A stretch of 64,000 nt of DNA from Gemmatimonadota bacterium (GTDB lineage Bacteria > Gemmatimonadota > Gemmatimonadetes > Palauibacterales > Palauibacteraceae), in the NCBI GenBank assembly GCA_965116475.1, contig OZ220691.1:1376001-1440000 (forward strand). The letters run 5' to 3'. The notes beneath the pieces were generated by a model. The model searched no databases and had not been told where the DNA came from. It was given only the letters and a program-made list of their open reading frames with translations. This document shows positions 19,250 through 31,584 of the stretch, piece after piece; the stretch's first letter is position 1; each line of letters opens with the position of its first letter. The position numbers and the translations under genes were made by a program.

Positions 19250-19894
19250 ATGGACACCGTTCAATCACGATTGCGGTTTTTCCGTAAGGATGTGCAGGGT
19301 TTGTCGCTGCGCGATTTTCGCGGCCGCGTCAACGCGGAGTTGCCCGAGCGCGCCCGCGTGAGCCTCGGCACGCTCTCGAACTACGAACGGGACGGCGGCG
19401 GGTCCCCGAGGGCGGGGCCGCGGGCCGAGTTTCTGGCGGCGCTGAAGCGCGCCTTCCCTCCCCTTCGACTCGAGTGGCTGATTCTGGGCGACGGAGAGCC
19501 GACGACCATCGCCGAGCAGCTCGCCGCGCCCGAAGGCCTCTCCTTCGCCGCCCGGGTGCTGGCGCGTTATCCCGACCTCGAGCTGCTCTCGCCGGAAGCG
19601 TCGGCCCTCTTCATGGCCGCGCTCACGCGGATGGCCATGGGGGAGCCGAAGCTGGCGCTGGATGAAGGGGACCTCATGGAGCTGGCCGGCGACCTCCGCT
19701 GGCTCCTCCTGCTTCCGCCGGGGGCGTGGGGGTTTCACCACGCACCGCCCTACCGGGCGTTCTCCGACTACGCCGTCGCGATGCTGCACGCCCTGAGCCG
19801 GCTCATGCCCGAGAGCGGGGAGGGGGATCCGATCGCGGACCACGCCGCCTCGATTCTCCCCCGGCTGCGCCGCTTCCGGCAGGTCGGTTTCTAG
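19250..19894 (+). CDS. XRE-family helix-turn-helix protein
   Basis: RLR.FR....LSLR.F...VS.GTLSNYER...P....L..L....P....WLI.G pattern; alternative ATG at 19238. Confidence 0.75.
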   Translation: MDTVQSRLRFFRKDVQGLSLRDFRGRVNAELPERARVSLGTLSNYERDGGGSPRAGPRAEFLAALKRAFPPLRLEWLILGDGEPTTIAEQLAAPEGLSFAARVLARYPDLELLSPEASALFMAALTRMAMGEPKLALDEGDLMELAGDLRWLLLLPPGAWGFHHAPPYRAFSDYAVAMLHALSRLMPESGEGDPIADHAASILPRLRRFRQVGF

Positions 19895-20038
19895 ACGCGG
19901 CAGGCCTGCTTAGATTCCCCGCCGGGTCTTCGTCGCGGTTTGGGCGGGGCGGTTGCGGAAGGCGAAGGCGGAGTCGTGGCGAGTCTCCGGAACCCGGAGA
20001 CCCGGCACTCAAACTCTTCCCGAATCACCCGGACATAC

Positions 20039-22207
20039 ATGGCAACCCCCATCGACCAGACCGACGACCTCGAGCGCGCGCTCAGCGCCCTCGCCCGCCC
20101 CGAGTGGCGGGACCTCCAGGCCGAAGACCTCCTCGCGATGTATCGCACGATGTACACGTCGAGGACGATCGACGACCGCGAAATCGCGATGAAGCGGCAG
20201 AATCGCGTCTTCTTCCAGATCTCCGGCGCCGGACACGAGGCGCTCCTCGTCGCGGCGGGACGCGCGCTCAGACCCGGCCACGACTGGTTCTTCACCTACT
20301 ACCGCGACCGCGCGCTGTGCCTCGAACTCGGCATGTCTCCGTACGAGATGTTCCTCGGCGCGGTCGGAGCCGAGGAGGATCCGTCGACCGGCGGACGGCA
20401 GATGCCGGCGCATTTCGGTTCTTCGGAGCTGCACCTCGTCACGCCTTCCAGCCCGACGGGCACGCAGTTCAACCAGGCGGTGGGGTGCGCGGAGGGCATC
20501 GCCCGCGCCCGGACCGCCGGGCTCGGCGGACTCGACGCGGTCGCCCCGGATGTGGCATCGGATGAGATCGTGCTCGTGTGCACGGGCGACGGCACGACCT
20601 CGGAAGGAGAGTTCTGGGAGGCGCTCAACACCGCCTCCAACCTGCAGCTTCCCATCATCTTCCTCGTGGAGGACAACGGATACGCGATCTCCGTGCCGGT
20701 GGAGGTCAACACGGCCGGGGGCAGCATTTCGAGTCTCGTGCGGAACTACCCGCACCTCCACATCGAAGAGGTCGACGGGACGGATCCGCTCGACAGCTAC
20801 GTCGTTATGCGGCGCGCCGCGCGATACGTGCGGTCCGGCCAGGGTCCGGCGCTCGTACACGCGCATGTCACGCGGCCCTACAGCCACTCGATGTCCGACG
20901 ACGAGCGGCTCTACAAGTCGGAGAGCGAGCGGGAAGTCGAAACCGAGCGCGACCCGCTCGCCACCTTCGCCGACTACCTCGTTCGCGAAGGCGTGATCGA
21001 AGCCGGCGCCCTCGAGTCGTTCAAGGCGGAGATCAAGACGGACGTCGCCGACGCGGCGGACCGCGCCATGGCCCGTCCGCAGCCGAGCCCCGATACCGTC
21101 TACGACCACGTGTACTCGCCCGACGTCGACCCCGCGTCGAACGCCTTCGAGACGCAGGCCCGGCCGGACCCCGAGGGGAATCCGAAGACGATGGTCGACC
21201 TGCTCAACGCCTGCCTCCGCGACGAGATGCGGCGCGATCCGCGGATCGTGGTGTTCGGGCAGGATGTGGCGGACGCGAGCCGCGAGGAGATCCTCGACGA
21301 GGTCAAGGGCAAGGGCGGCGTCTTCAAGGTGACGCACGGCCTGCAGCGCGAGTTCGGGTCGCTGCGGGTGTACAACGCGCCCCTCGCAGAGGCGAACATC
21401 GTCGGACGCGCCGTGGGGCTCGCCGTGCGCGGCCTCAAGCCGGTCGCCGAGGTCCAGTTCTTCGACTACATCTGGCCCGCCTACCACCAGTTCCGGAACG
21501 AGGTCGCGACCTTCCGCTGGCGCTCCGCGGGCCGCTGGAAGTGCCCGCTCGTCATCCGGACCACGTACGGCGGCTACATCTCGGGCGGCGCGATGTACCA
21601 TTCGCAGACGGGCGCCTCACTGTTCACGCACACGCCCGGCATGCACGTGATCTGCCCCTCGAACGCGGAGGACGCGAACGGGCTCCTGCGGACGGCGATC
21701 CGGTGCGACGACCCGGTGCTCTTCCTCGAGCACAAGCACCTGTACCGGCAGACGTACAACAAGGGGATCTATCCGGGCCCGGAGTACATGATCCCGTTCG
21801 GCAAGGCCGCGCTCGTCACGGAGGGGGACGACCTCACGATCGTCACCTACGGCGCGATGGTGGAGCGCACGCGCAAGGCGCTCGCGAAGCTGGATCGCGC
21901 GGGGGAGCCGGTGCGCGCGGACCTCATCGACCTGCGCTCGCTGAACCCGGTCGACATGGACGCCATCCGCCGCTCCGCGATGAAGACGAACCGGGTGCTC
22001 GTGGCCTACGAGGACGCGAAGTCGTGGGGTTACGGGGCGGAGATCTCGGCCCGCCTGGCCGACGAACTGTTCGAGTGGCTCGACGCGCCGATCCGCCGGA
22101 TCACCTCGACGGACACCTTCATCGGCTACGCGCCCTCGCTCGAAAACGCGTCCCTGCCGCAGGTCGACGACATCGCCGAAGCGATCGTGGAACTCGCCAC
22201 CTGGTAG
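20039..22207 (+). CDS. fused E1 alpha/beta 2-oxoacid (probably branched-chain) dehydrogenase
   Basis: [24 protein letters not shown]...N TPP motif, HSMSDD; beta part with GQDV..GGVF.VT, EVQFFDY, HSQ, FLEHK.LY. Confidence 0.92.
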   Translation: MATPIDQTDDLERALSALARPEWRDLQAEDLLAMYRTMYTSRTIDDREIAMKRQNRVFFQISGAGHEALLVAAGRALRPGHDWFFTYYRDRALCLELGMSPYEMFLGAVGAEEDPSTGGRQMPAHFGSSELHLVTPSSPTGTQFNQAVGCAEGIARARTAGLGGLDAVAPDVASDEIVLVCTGDGTTSEGEFWEALNTASNLQLPIIFLVEDNGYAISVPVEVNTAGGSISSLVRNYPHLHIEEVDGTDPLDSYVVMRRAARYVRSGQGPALVHAHVTRPYSHSMSDDERLYKSESEREVETERDPLATFADYLVREGVIEAGALESFKAEIKTDVADAADRAMARPQPSPDTVYDHVYSPDVDPASNAFETQARPDPEGNPKTMVDLLNACLRDEMRRDPRIVVFGQDVADASREEILDEVKGKGGVFKVTHGLQREFGSLRVYNAPLAEANIVGRAVGLAVRGLKPVAEVQFFDYIWPAYHQFRNEVATFRWRSAGRWKCPLVIRTTYGGYISGGAMYHSQTGASLFTHTPGMHVICPSNAEDANGLLRTAIRCDDPVLFLEHKHLYRQTYNKGIYPGPEYMIPFGKAALVTEGDDLTIVTYGAMVERTRKALAKLDRAGEPVRADLIDLRSLNPVDMDAIRRSAMKTNRVLVAYEDAKSWGYGAEISARLADELFEWLDAPIRRITSTDTFIGYAPSLENASLPQVDDIAEAIVELATW

Positions 22208-22223
22208 GCGGCCGGGACCGGCT

Positions 22224-23165
22224 TCACTCGGCGGGAGACGTGCCCCCCGACCGCAACTCTTCGAGCGCCTCCAGGCTGCGGGGCCAGTCCTTTCCGAGCA
22301 GGCGGGAGAGGGCCCGGTCCGCCAGCACTTTTCCGCCGGTCTGGCAGGCGGCGCAGTAGTTCGTCTCGTTGTTCGCGTACCGGATCCGCTGCACCGGCGC
22401 GGCGCAGTCCGGACACGGCCGTCCGTACTTCCCGTGCACCGCCATCGCCTCGTGGAACGCGGTCACCTTCTCCGGGAACTCCCCCGCCAGTTCATCGCGT
22501 AGCCGGCGCGTCCACCGTTCGAGCGTGCGGCGCGTGGCTTCGTGGAGTCGGCCGATCTCGTCGTCGTCGAGCCGGCTCGTCCACTTGATCGGCGACAGCT
22601 TCGCGCGGTGCAGAATCTCGTCCGAATACGCGTTGCCGATGCCCGAGAAGAGCCGCGGATCCGTGAGCGCGCGCTTGAGCGTGTGGTTGCGGGCCGTGAG
22701 CGTCGCGCGGAAGGCGGCCGGGTCCACGGTGAGGGGATCGATGCCGCCGGGGTCGTGTTGGGCGAGCGCCTCGGCGCCCTTCACGACGTGGAGCGACGCC
22801 CGCTTCTTCGTCCCGGCCTCGGTGAGCAGGAGGCTCCCGTCGGCGAAGTCGAAGGCGGCGAGACCGAGCCGTCGCGGGATCGTCACGCCGGGATCCCGCC
22901 AGCGGAGCCGCCCCGCGATCATGAGGTGGATGACGAGCCACAACTCCGGTTCGTCCTCCCGGTCATCCGGGGCCGCGAGTCCGATCGCGATGCGCTTCCC
23001 CAGCCGGCGGAGCGCCACGACCTTGCGTCCGTGCGCCTCCGCCAGCGGCGGATCGACGCTCCGGAGCAGGAAGGGACTGCCGAGTCGCACCCGCTCCAGC
23101 GTACGCCCGAGGATGCGCGCTTCCAGCCCTTCCAGGTAGATCGTGATGTCGGGCAGTTCGGGCAT
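22224..23165 (-). CDS. Fpg/Nei family DNA glycosylase
   Basis: N-terminal [24 protein letters not shown]2TH motif, C-terminal CPDC..YCAACQ zinc finger. Confidence 0.92.
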   Translation of the reverse strand: MPELPDITIYLEGLEARILGRTLERVRLGSPFLLRSVDPPLAEAHGRKVVALRRLGKRIAIGLAAPDDREDEPELWLVIHLMIAGRLRWRDPGVTIPRRLGLAAFDFADGSLLLTEAGTKKRASLHVVKGAEALAQHDPGGIDPLTVDPAAFRATLTARNHTLKRALTDPRLFSGIGNAYSDEILHRAKLSPIKWTSRLDDDEIGRLHEATRRTLERWTRRLRDELAGEFPEKVTAFHEAMAVHGKYGRPCPDCAAPVQRIRYANNETNYCAACQTGGKVLADRALSRLLGKDWPRSLEALEELRSGGTSPAE

Positions 23166-23205
23166 CGGCGTGATCCGGCGGAGAACCGCTAGCGTCGCGG
23201 CGACG

Positions 23206-24390
23206 CTAGTGGTGACGCTGGTGTGGCGTGCCGCCGTTGGACCGGGGTGCGTGGCCGTGGCCGCGGGCGGCTTCGTTCGGCTTCTCGAGGGTGTTGCGAA
23301 GATCCTGGATGTAGTCCGGGTGCTCGCGGCTGAACGCCGGCCAGTCCTCGTCCCTGGCGACGATGATGCCGCCGATCGCGCCCATCGCGCCGTCCGGCGC
23401 CGGCTGGTCCAGCGGGTTCGAGTACTGGACGGAGATGCGGTAGACGTGGTCCTTCCGGATCCGCACGCCCCCGCGCCACCAGAGCCGGCTGGTGGGCACG
23501 CCGACGGTGCGCCCTTCGCCGTCCACATCGGGCCCCGTTTCCCAGATCACCTTGCCGGCCGTGACATCCTCGAGCCGAATCCAGTCTCCGTAGTCGTGCA
23601 GGTGCCCGCCGACGGCGAGGATCCGCCCGTCCACGGCGGGGCTGCCCTCCCAGCTCCTCCCGTGCGTCCCGGGCGGAAGCGGAAACTCCTTCTCGCCGAC
23701 CGGACCCATCACGTCGAGATAGAACGGATAGATGTCCACGGGCTCGACGAGGCCCGGATCGTCGAACGGCGTGTACGGAAGCCGGATGTGCAGGAAGGCC
23801 TCGTCGCGCGACGCATCGGGGAGCGGGGCGAACATCGCGCTCACGAGCACCCGGGTGCCCGGCGCCAGGGGAACGCCCAGCACGCCCGGCAGAAACTCGC
23901 TCTTCGTCTCCCGGCCCGCCGCGAGGATACGGCGCGGGACGGCGGAGAAGAGTTCGCGGTTGTCGGGGTCGATGACGTTGACGTGATGGAGCAGGCGGTC
24001 GGGGAGCGGGTGGCCCTCGCCGTCCCTCATGCGCCACGAGAACCCGTGCATCCAGCCCGCGACGGGGAGCTCCGCGAGTTGCACCGGGGGCCGGAGGTGC
24101 GGACCGCCGGCTGGCAGGGAGACGGGGCCGACGACGATCTCGAACTCGCGCTCGGCCGCGTGCACCCGCACGTCGACGAGCGGGCTCGCGGCGGGCAGGC
24201 GTGGCGGGGCCGGGTGGCCGGCGTGCGCCGAAGCGCCGTGTGCCAGGTCCTGCGCGGCGGGGGTGTGCGGCGCCTGCTCGTGCGGCGTCAACCCGTGCGC
24301 GGACAACGAGAGGGGGAAAAAGAGGAGGCAGAGGCCGGCGAGGCAGAGCGCCGGCAGGCCTGCCGGGCCGCGCGGGCACCGGTCCCACAT
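23206..24390 (-). CDS. secreted PHM/DBH-like (copper type II) monooxygenase-fold protein
   Basis: Signal peptide; [28 protein letters not shown]...AMG motifs; His-rich termini. Confidence 0.7.
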   Translation of the reverse strand: MWDRCPRGPAGLPALCLAGLCLLFFPLSLSAHGLTPHEQAPHTPAAQDLAHGASAHAGHPAPPRLPAASPLVDVRVHAAEREFEIVVGPVSLPAGGPHLRPPVQLAELPVAGWMHGFSWRMRDGEGHPLPDRLLHHVNVIDPDNRELFSAVPRRILAAGRETKSEFLPGVLGVPLAPGTRVLVSAMFAPLPDASRDEAFLHIRLPYTPFDDPGLVEPVDIYPFYLDVMGPVGEKEFPLPPGTHGRSWEGSPAVDGRILAVGGHLHDYGDWIRLEDVTAGKVIWETGPDVDGEGRTVGVPTSRLWWRGGVRIRKDHVYRISVQYSNPLDQPAPDGAMGAIGGIIVARDEDWPAFSREHPDYIQDLRNTLEKPNEAARGHGHAPRSNGGTPHQRHH

Positions 24391-24424
24391 CGCGGCGGCT
24401 CGCCTCAGCGGTCCACGCCCGGGT

Positions 24425-24673
<249 letters not shown>

Positions 24674-24879
24674 GCGCGGGAAGATATCCGAGCCCCGAGG
24701 GCTGAGCAATTCCGCCATCCCCCATAAGGGTGGGCGCTGCGTGGGGCACTGGGGGGAGCGCCGGGTGGAGCGCCGAGTGGGGCGCAGCGGCTTGGTCCGT
24801 CGCGCAACAGCCGGTATCTTGGAGGGTTCCCGGCGGACGGCATCCGGACACGGGATCACACAGCGAGAAGGCGGCAGCC

Positions 24880-25805
<926 letters not shown>

Positions 25806-25809
<4 letters not shown>

Positions 25810-26927
25810 GCCCGGCGAACTCCGGCCGGTCCGCGGCCACGGTCTCCGACGCTCCGGCGGCGGGCGCCCCCGGGGAGGGATCGAGCGGGGACCCCGACGC
25901 CTTCCTCGGACTCTCGAAGGAGGAGTGCGTGGAACTCCTCCGGGAGATGATCGTCGAGCGCCGCTTCGAGGAGAAGGCGGCGGAGGTCTACCAGGTCGGC
26001 AAGATCGGCGGTTTCTGCCACCTCTACATCGGGCAGGAGGCCGTCTCGGCGGGAACGATCTCGCCGCTGCGGGACGACGACTACGTGATCACCGCCTATC
26101 GCGACCACGCGCAGGCGATCGCGCGCGGCATGACGCCCAACGCCGTCATGGCCGAACTCTACGGACGGGCGGACGGCTGCTCGAAGGGCTTCGGCGGCTC
26201 GATGCACATGTTCGACAAGACGCTCAACTTCATGGGCGGCCACGGCATCGTCGGGAGCCACCTGCCGCTGGCGGTCGGCGTCGGCTACGCGATCCGCTAC
26301 CGGGGCGGAGACCAGGTCTGCCTCTGTTTCTTCGGCGACTCCGTGGTCAACATCGGCGCCTTCCACGAGTCGATGAACATGGCCGCGCGCTGGAAGCTGC
26401 CCGTCATCTTCCTCCTCGAGAACAACCGCTACGGCATGGGGACCGACTACCGGCGCGTGGCGGCGGTGAAGGAACTCAAGGACCGCGGCCGGGCATACGA
26501 GGGCCTCACCTCGCTCGACGTGGACGGCATGGACGTGCTGGCCGTCCGCCAGGCCATGGAGGAGGCGATCGAGCGGGGACGGAACGAGAAGACGCCCAGC
26601 TTCATCGAGGCGCGCTGCTTCCGCTACATGGGCCACTCGATGGCCGATCCGATGCACGGGACGTACCGGACGCGCGAAGAAGTCGAGAAGTGGCGCTCGG
26701 ATGACCCGATCCTCTCCTTCACCCGGCAACTCATGGACGCGGGGCGGCTGACGGAGGAGGAGTACAAGGCGATCGACCGCGAGGCGAAGGACATCGCCGA
26801 GGAGTCCGCGGCCTTCGCGGACCGGAGCCCCTTCCCCGATTCGGAAGCGCTGTACCGCTACGTGTATTCGGACGGGTATCCGGACGACATGCGGCGGCGC
26901 GACGCGTGGCGGAAGGAGCTGCGCTGA
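25806..26927 (+). CDS. pdhA: pyruvate dehydrogenase E1 alpha
   Basis: GGFCHLYIGQEA, YRDH, GGSMH, GGHGIVG, GHSMADP. Confidence 0.94.
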
Positions 26928-27910
26928 TGGCCGTCCTCACGTATCGGGAAGCGCTGAACGAAGCCCTCCGCGAAGAGATGGAGCGCGACGACTCGACCTT
27001 CATCATCGGCGAGGAGGTGGGGGAATACGACGGCGCCTACAAGGTCACGAAGGGGCTGCTCGACCGGTTCGGGGAATGGCGCGTGCGGGACGCCCCGATC
27101 GCCGAACTGGGGTTCGCGGGGCTCGGCGTGGGGGCGGCGATGGCGGGGCTGCGGCCGATCGTCGAGTTCATGACGTGGAACTTCGCCCTGCTCGCCATCG
27201 ACGAGGTCGTGAACGCGGCGGCGAAGATGTTCCAGATGTCGGGCGGTCAGTACAACGTCCCCATCGTCTTCCGGGGACCGGGCGGCGCGGCGCTCCAGCT
27301 CGCGGCGCAGCACTCGCAGTCGCCGGAGCCGTGGTACAGCTACGCGCCGGGGCTGAAGGTGATCGCGCCCGCCACGGCGAAGGACGCGAAGGGACTCCTG
27401 AAGAGCGCGATCCGCGACGACGACCCCGTCGTCTTCATCGAGAGCGAGATCATGTACAACCTCGTCCGGGATGAAGTGCCGGAGGAGGAATACCTGACCC
27501 CGATCGGCAAGGCCGAGGTGAAGCGGGAGGGGTCGGACGTGACCGTCGTGTGCCACTCGAAGATGGTGCACCAGGCGCTCGCGGCGGCCCGCGCGCTGGA
27601 GAAGGAAGAGATCGACGTGGAGGTGCTGGACCTGCGCACGGTGCGCCCGCTGGACGTGGACGCGGTCGTGGCGTCGGTGAAGAAGACGAACCGGGCCGTG
27701 GTCGCGGAAGAGGGGTGGCCGATGTGCAACATCGGGGCCCAGGTCGTGGACGACATCCAGCGCGAGGCGTTCGACTCGCTGGACGCGCCGGTGGCGCGCG
27801 TGAACGGGCTGGACGTGCCCATGCCCTACGCGAAGAACCTGGAGAAGCTCGTAACCCCCAACGCGGACCATGTGGCGGCGGCGGTGCGCCACGTGTGCTA
27901 CGCGGACTAG
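26927..27910 (+). CDS. pdhB: pyruvate dehydrogenase E1 beta
   Basis: GEEVGEY.GAYKVT, PI.E.GF.G, EFMTWNF, AQHSQ. Confidence 0.95.
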   Translation: MAVLTYREALNEALREEMERDDSTFIIGEEVGEYDGAYKVTKGLLDRFGEWRVRDAPIAELGFAGLGVGAAMAGLRPIVEFMTWNFALLAIDEVVNAAAKMFQMSGGQYNVPIVFRGPGGAALQLAAQHSQSPEPWYSYAPGLKVIAPATAKDAKGLLKSAIRDDDPVVFIESEIMYNLVRDEVPEEEYLTPIGKAEVKREGSDVTVVCHSKMVHQALAAARALEKEEIDVEVLDLRTVRPLDVDAVVASVKKTNRAVVAEEGWPMCNIGAQVVDDIQREAFDSLDAPVARVNGLDVPMPYAKNLEKLVTPNADHVAAAVRHVCYAD

Positions 27911-27928
27911 CCCCGGGACCCGACCGAT

Positions 27929-29350
27929 ATGCCTGTGAGAGTCGTGATGGCGCAGCTGAGCCCGACGATGGAGGAGGGCAAGCTCATCGAGTGGAAGGTC
28001 GCCGAGGGCGATGCCGTGGCGCAGGGCGATGTCGTCGCGGAGATCGAGACCGACAAGGCAAACATGGACGTCGAGGCGCTCGGCGGCGGCGTGCTGCGCA
28101 AGATCGTCGTGCCGGAGGGCGCCACGGTGCCCGTGGGCGCGCTCATCGGCGTGATCGCCGAGCCCGACGAGGCCATCGACGAGCTGCTCGCCGAAGCGGC
28201 GGCGGCCGGCGACGGGGCGGCGGAAGACCCCGCCGAGCCGGCCGACGCGCCCGCGGTGGCGCCGGAGCCTGCGGTCGCGCCGGAGCCTGCGGTCGCGCCG
28301 GAGCCTGCGGTCGCGCCGGAGCCTGCGGTGGCGCCGGAGCCCGAGGCGGCGGGCGAGGCGGCGCCGGAGCCGCACGCGGCGGGCGAGGCGGCGGGCGGAA
28401 GCACGCCCGCGGCGACGCCCGGAGACACGGCCGCGGTGGCCGGGGGCCGCGTCAAGGCCTCGCCGGTCGCGCGGCGGATGGCCGCGGAGAGCGGGGTCGC
28501 CCTGGCCGGCCTCGCCGGATCCGGGCCGGGCGGCCGGATCGTCAAGGCCGACATCGAGGCCGCGCTGGCCCGGGGCGCCCCAGGCGTCGCGCCGGTCCCC
28601 ACCCCCACGCCCGCGCCGCCCCCCGCCGCGCCCGCACCGGCGGCGCCCGCCCCGCTCCCCTCCGGTCTGGAGGAACGGGTCGAGGAGGCGAGCCAGATGC
28701 GGAAGGCGATCGCGCGCCGGCTCGGCGAGTCGATCGGGCCCGTCCCCCACTTCTTCCTCACGACCGAGGTCGACATGGGCCGGGCGCTCGAGCTGCGTGC
28801 CGACCTCAACGCGCGTTTTGCGGACGGCAAGGTCGGGGTGACGGACCTGCTCCTGAAGGCGACCGCGGAGGCGCTGAACCGGCACCCGGCAGTCAACGCG
28901 TCGTGGGAGGAGAACGCGATCCGCTACCACGGCGCGGTCCACCTCGGCATCGCCGTGGCGCTCGACGAAGGCCTCATCACGCCGGTGCTGCGCGACGCGG
29001 GCCGCAAGGGGCTGCGGCAGATCTCGGTCGAGGCGCGGGACCTCATCGCTCGGGCGCGGGCCCGACAGCTCGCGCCGGAGGAATACCAGGGCGGGACCTT
29101 CTCGGTCAGCAACCTCGGCATGTTCGAGATCGACCAGTTCACGGCGATCATCAACCCGCCGGAAGCCGGCATCCTCGCCATCGGCCAGACGGTCGAGAAG
29201 CCCGTCGCGGTGGACGGCCAGGTCGTCGTCCGCAAGCGGATGCGCGTGACCATGTCGTGCGATCACCGCGTCATCGACGGCGCCACGGGCGCGGCGTTCC
29301 TCGCCGCCTTCAAGGCCATGCTCGAGAACCCCCTCGAGATGATCCTCTAA
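27929..29350 (+). CDS. pdhC: dihydrolipoamide acetyltransferase (E2)
   Basis: Lipoyl domain ETDKA, E3-binding ASP.ARR..GSGPGGRI, catalytic DHRVIDG. Confidence 0.95.
   Translation: MPVRVVMAQLSPTMEEGKLIEWKVAEGDAVAQGDVVAEIETDKANMDVEALGGGVLRKIVVPEGATVPVGALIGVIAEPDEAIDELLAEAAAAGDGAAEDPAEPADAPAVAPEPAVAPEPAVAPEPAVAPEPAVAPEPEAAGEAAPEPHAAGEAAGGSTPAATPGDTAAVAGGRVKASPVARRMAAESGVALAGLAGSGPGGRIVKADIEAALARGAPGVAPVPTPTPAPPPAAPAPAAPAPLPSGLEERVEEASQMRKAIARRLGESIGPVPHFFLTTEVDMGRALELRADLNARFADGKVGVTDLLLKATAEALNRHPAVNASWEENAIRYHGAVHLGIAVALDEGLITPVLRDAGRKGLRQISVEARDLIARARARQLAPEEYQGGTFSVSNLGMFEIDQFTAIINPPEAGILAIGQTVEKPVAVDGQVVVRKRMRVTMSCDHRVIDGATGAAFLAAFKAMLENPLEMIL
28253..28342 (+). repeat. 18-bp tandem repeat x5 (AVAPEP) in the E2 linker
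   Basis: GCGGT(C/G)GCGCCGGAGCC(T/C), five copies. Confidence 0.95.
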
Positions 29351-29395
29351 TCGGGACTTCCGGAGAACCCGGAGAACCAGAGAGTGAAGGGATAG

Positions 29396-30808
29396 ATGTC
29401 GGAGACATACGACGTCGTCGTAGTCGGGGCCGGACCGGCCGGCTACGTGTGTGCGATCCGGGCGGCGCAACTCGGCCTCCGGACCGCCTGCGTCGAGAGC
29501 GGATCGTACGAGGGCGGCCTCGGCGGCACCTGCCTCAACTGGGGCTGCATCCCCGCCAAGGCGCTGCTCGAGAGCGCCGCGCTCGCGCACAACCTGCAGC
29601 ACCACGGCGCCCGCATGGGCGTGAAGCCCGTCGAAGTGGAGTACGACTTCTCCGCGGCCGTGAAGCGGAGCCGCATCATCACCCGCAAGCTCACGGCCGG
29701 CGTGAAGTACCTGCTCGGGAAGAACAAGGTCGACATCGTGCAGGGCCGCGGCCGGCTGGCCGGAGCGGGCCGCGTCGCGGTCGAGGCGGAGGACGGCGAG
29801 ATCCGGGAGCTCGCGACCCGGAACGTCGTGTTCGCGACCGGGTCCGTGATGAAGACCTTCCCCGGCTTCGAACTCGACGGCGAGAGGGTCATCGGCAGCC
29901 GGGAAGCGCTCGGTCTCCCGGAACTCCCGGCGAAGATGGCGATCGTCGGAGCCGGATTCGTGGGCGTCGAGTTCGCCGACGTCTTCGACGCCTTCGGCGT
30001 GGACGTGACGCTGATCGAGGCGCTCGACACGCTCGTGCCCCTCGAGGACCCGGAGATCGGAAAGGCGCTCGAACGCTCGTTCAAGAAGCGCGGCATCCGC
30101 AATCTCACGAACACCCGCGTCAAGCACCTGGACCGCGACGCGAGCCCGATGGTCCTCACGGTCGTGAACCCGGACGGCAGCGAGACCGCCGAGGAGACGG
30201 ATCTCGTACTCATGGCCGTCGGACGGCGCCCCGTGAGCGAGGATCTCGGCCTCGAGAAGAACGGGGTCGCCGTGGAGGACGGCTTCATCCGGATCGACGA
30301 GTGGTGCCGCACGAACCAGCCGGGCGTCTACGCGATCGGGGACGTGGCCGGGCAGCCGATGCTGGCGCACGTCGGGTCGCACGAGGGCATCGTCGCCGCC
30401 GAGCATATCGCGGGCGTGGCCAGCCACCCGATGACGTACGGGAACATCGCGTCCGTCGGCTACTGCCACCCCGAAGTCGCCTCGATCGGCATGTCCGCGG
30501 CGCAGGCCGAGGAGGCGGGCTACGAGGTCGTCACCGGCAAGTACCCGCTCGGGGCGCACGGGCGCGCGCTGACCGCCGAATCCGCGGACGGGTTCGTGAA
30601 GATCGTGGCGGACGCCAAGTACGGCGAAGTGCTCGGCGTCCACATGATCGGACACAACGTGAGCGAACTCGTGGCGGAGGTCGGCATGGCGCGCGAACTC
30701 GAAGCCACGCTGGACGAACTCGTGCGCCACGCGCACGCGCACCCCAGCATGGCCGAGGCGGTGATGGAGGCCGCGTTCGCCGCGCTCGGACGCTCGATCC
30801 ACATGTGA
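29396..30808 (+). CDS. lpdA: dihydrolipoamide dehydrogenase (E3)
   Basis: GAGPAG, GGTCLNWGCIP, GAGFVG, AIGD, HAHPSMAE. Confidence 0.96.
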   Translation: MSETYDVVVVGAGPAGYVCAIRAAQLGLRTACVESGSYEGGLGGTCLNWGCIPAKALLESAALAHNLQHHGARMGVKPVEVEYDFSAAVKRSRIITRKLTAGVKYLLGKNKVDIVQGRGRLAGAGRVAVEAEDGEIRELATRNVVFATGSVMKTFPGFELDGERVIGSREALGLPELPAKMAIVGAGFVGVEFADVFDAFGVDVTLIEALDTLVPLEDPEIGKALERSFKKRGIRNLTNTRVKHLDRDASPMVLTVVNPDGSETAEETDLVLMAVGRRPVSEDLGLEKNGVAVEDGFIRIDEWCRTNQPGVYAIGDVAGQPMLAHVGSHEGIVAAEHIAGVASHPMTYGNIASVGYCHPEVASIGMSAAQAEEAGYEVVTGKYPLGAHGRALTAESADGFVKIVADAKYGEVLGVHMIGHNVSELVAEVGMARELEATLDELVRHAHAHPSMAEAVMEAAFAALGRSIHM

Positions 30809-31584
30809 GCAGGGAGCGGCAACTCCGGGTGGTCGACCTCGGCCGCCGCGAGTACCGGGAGGTGCTCGAGCTTCAGCGCTCCATCGCCCGCTGGCGGCGG
30901 AACTCTTCGTCGGACCACGACCTCCTGCTCCTCGTCGAACACCTGCCCGTGGTCACCGTCGGGCGGGGATCGAGGGAGGATTTCACGCCCCCCGACCAGG
31001 CGTGGCTCGCCGAGGCGGGGCTGGATCTGGTCGAGATCGAGCGCGGCGGCGACCTCACGTATCACGGCCCCGGCCAGCTCGTGGGCTACCCGATCCTCGA
31101 CCTCCGCGCGCACCGGCAGGACCTCCACTGGTATCTGCGCCGCATCGAGGAGGTGCTGCTGCGCGTGCTCGCGGAGTGCGGCCTTCCCGCGTTTCGGGTC
31201 GCGTCGTACACGGGCGTGTGGACGGGTTCGCCTCCCGCCGGGAGCCTCGACACGGTCGACGACGACGGGTTCGGAACGGTCCCCGCCGAGCGCGCGGACG
31301 CCCTCATCGGAGCCGGCGCGATCCGCAAGGTGGCTTCGATCGGCGTGCACGCGAGCCGCTGGGTCACGTCCCACGGCTTCGCGCTCAACGTGACGCCCGA
31401 GCCCCTCGCGAACTTCCGCGGCATCGTCGCGTGCGGCATCCACGGCGTCCGCATGACGAGCCTCGCCTCCGAGGGCGCCTCCCATACGCTCGAAGAGGCC
31501 GGGGAAGCCGTGGTGCGCGCGTTCCCCGTGGCCTTCCCGAACCTCGCGCCGTCCCACGCGCCGGAAGTCGGCCTGCGCGTCTGA
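30805..31584 (+). CDS. lipB: lipoyl(octanoyl) transferase
   Basis: EH.PV.T.GR, RGGDLTYHGPGQLVGYPI, RKVASIG, HGFALN, I.ACG. Confidence 0.94.
   Translation: MSRERQLRVVDLGRREYREVLELQRSIARWRRNSSSDHDLLLLVEHLPVVTVGRGSREDFTPPDQAWLAEAGLDLVEIERGGDLTYHGPGQLVGYPILDLRAHRQDLHWYLRRIEEVLLRVLAECGLPAFRVASYTGVWTGSPPAGSLDTVDDDGFGTVPAERADALIGAGAIRKVASIGVHASRWVTSHGFALNVTPEPLANFRGIVACGIHGVRMTSLASEGASHTLEEAGEAVVRAFPVAFPNLAPSHAPEVGLRV

Noticed and set aside
26858..30802. 1314-aa minus-strand ORF, and similar long antisense/alternate-frame ORFs (e.g. 49143..51680, 33395..35497, 5492..7264)
   Set aside because: Shadow ORFs of high-GC3 real genes; no motifs, and they overlap well-supported CDS.
27550..30804. Apparent 1344-aa LipB fusion
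   Set aside because: The upstream part is an Arg/Gly-rich off-frame reading of pdhB/pdhC/lpdA; LipB starts at GTG 30805.
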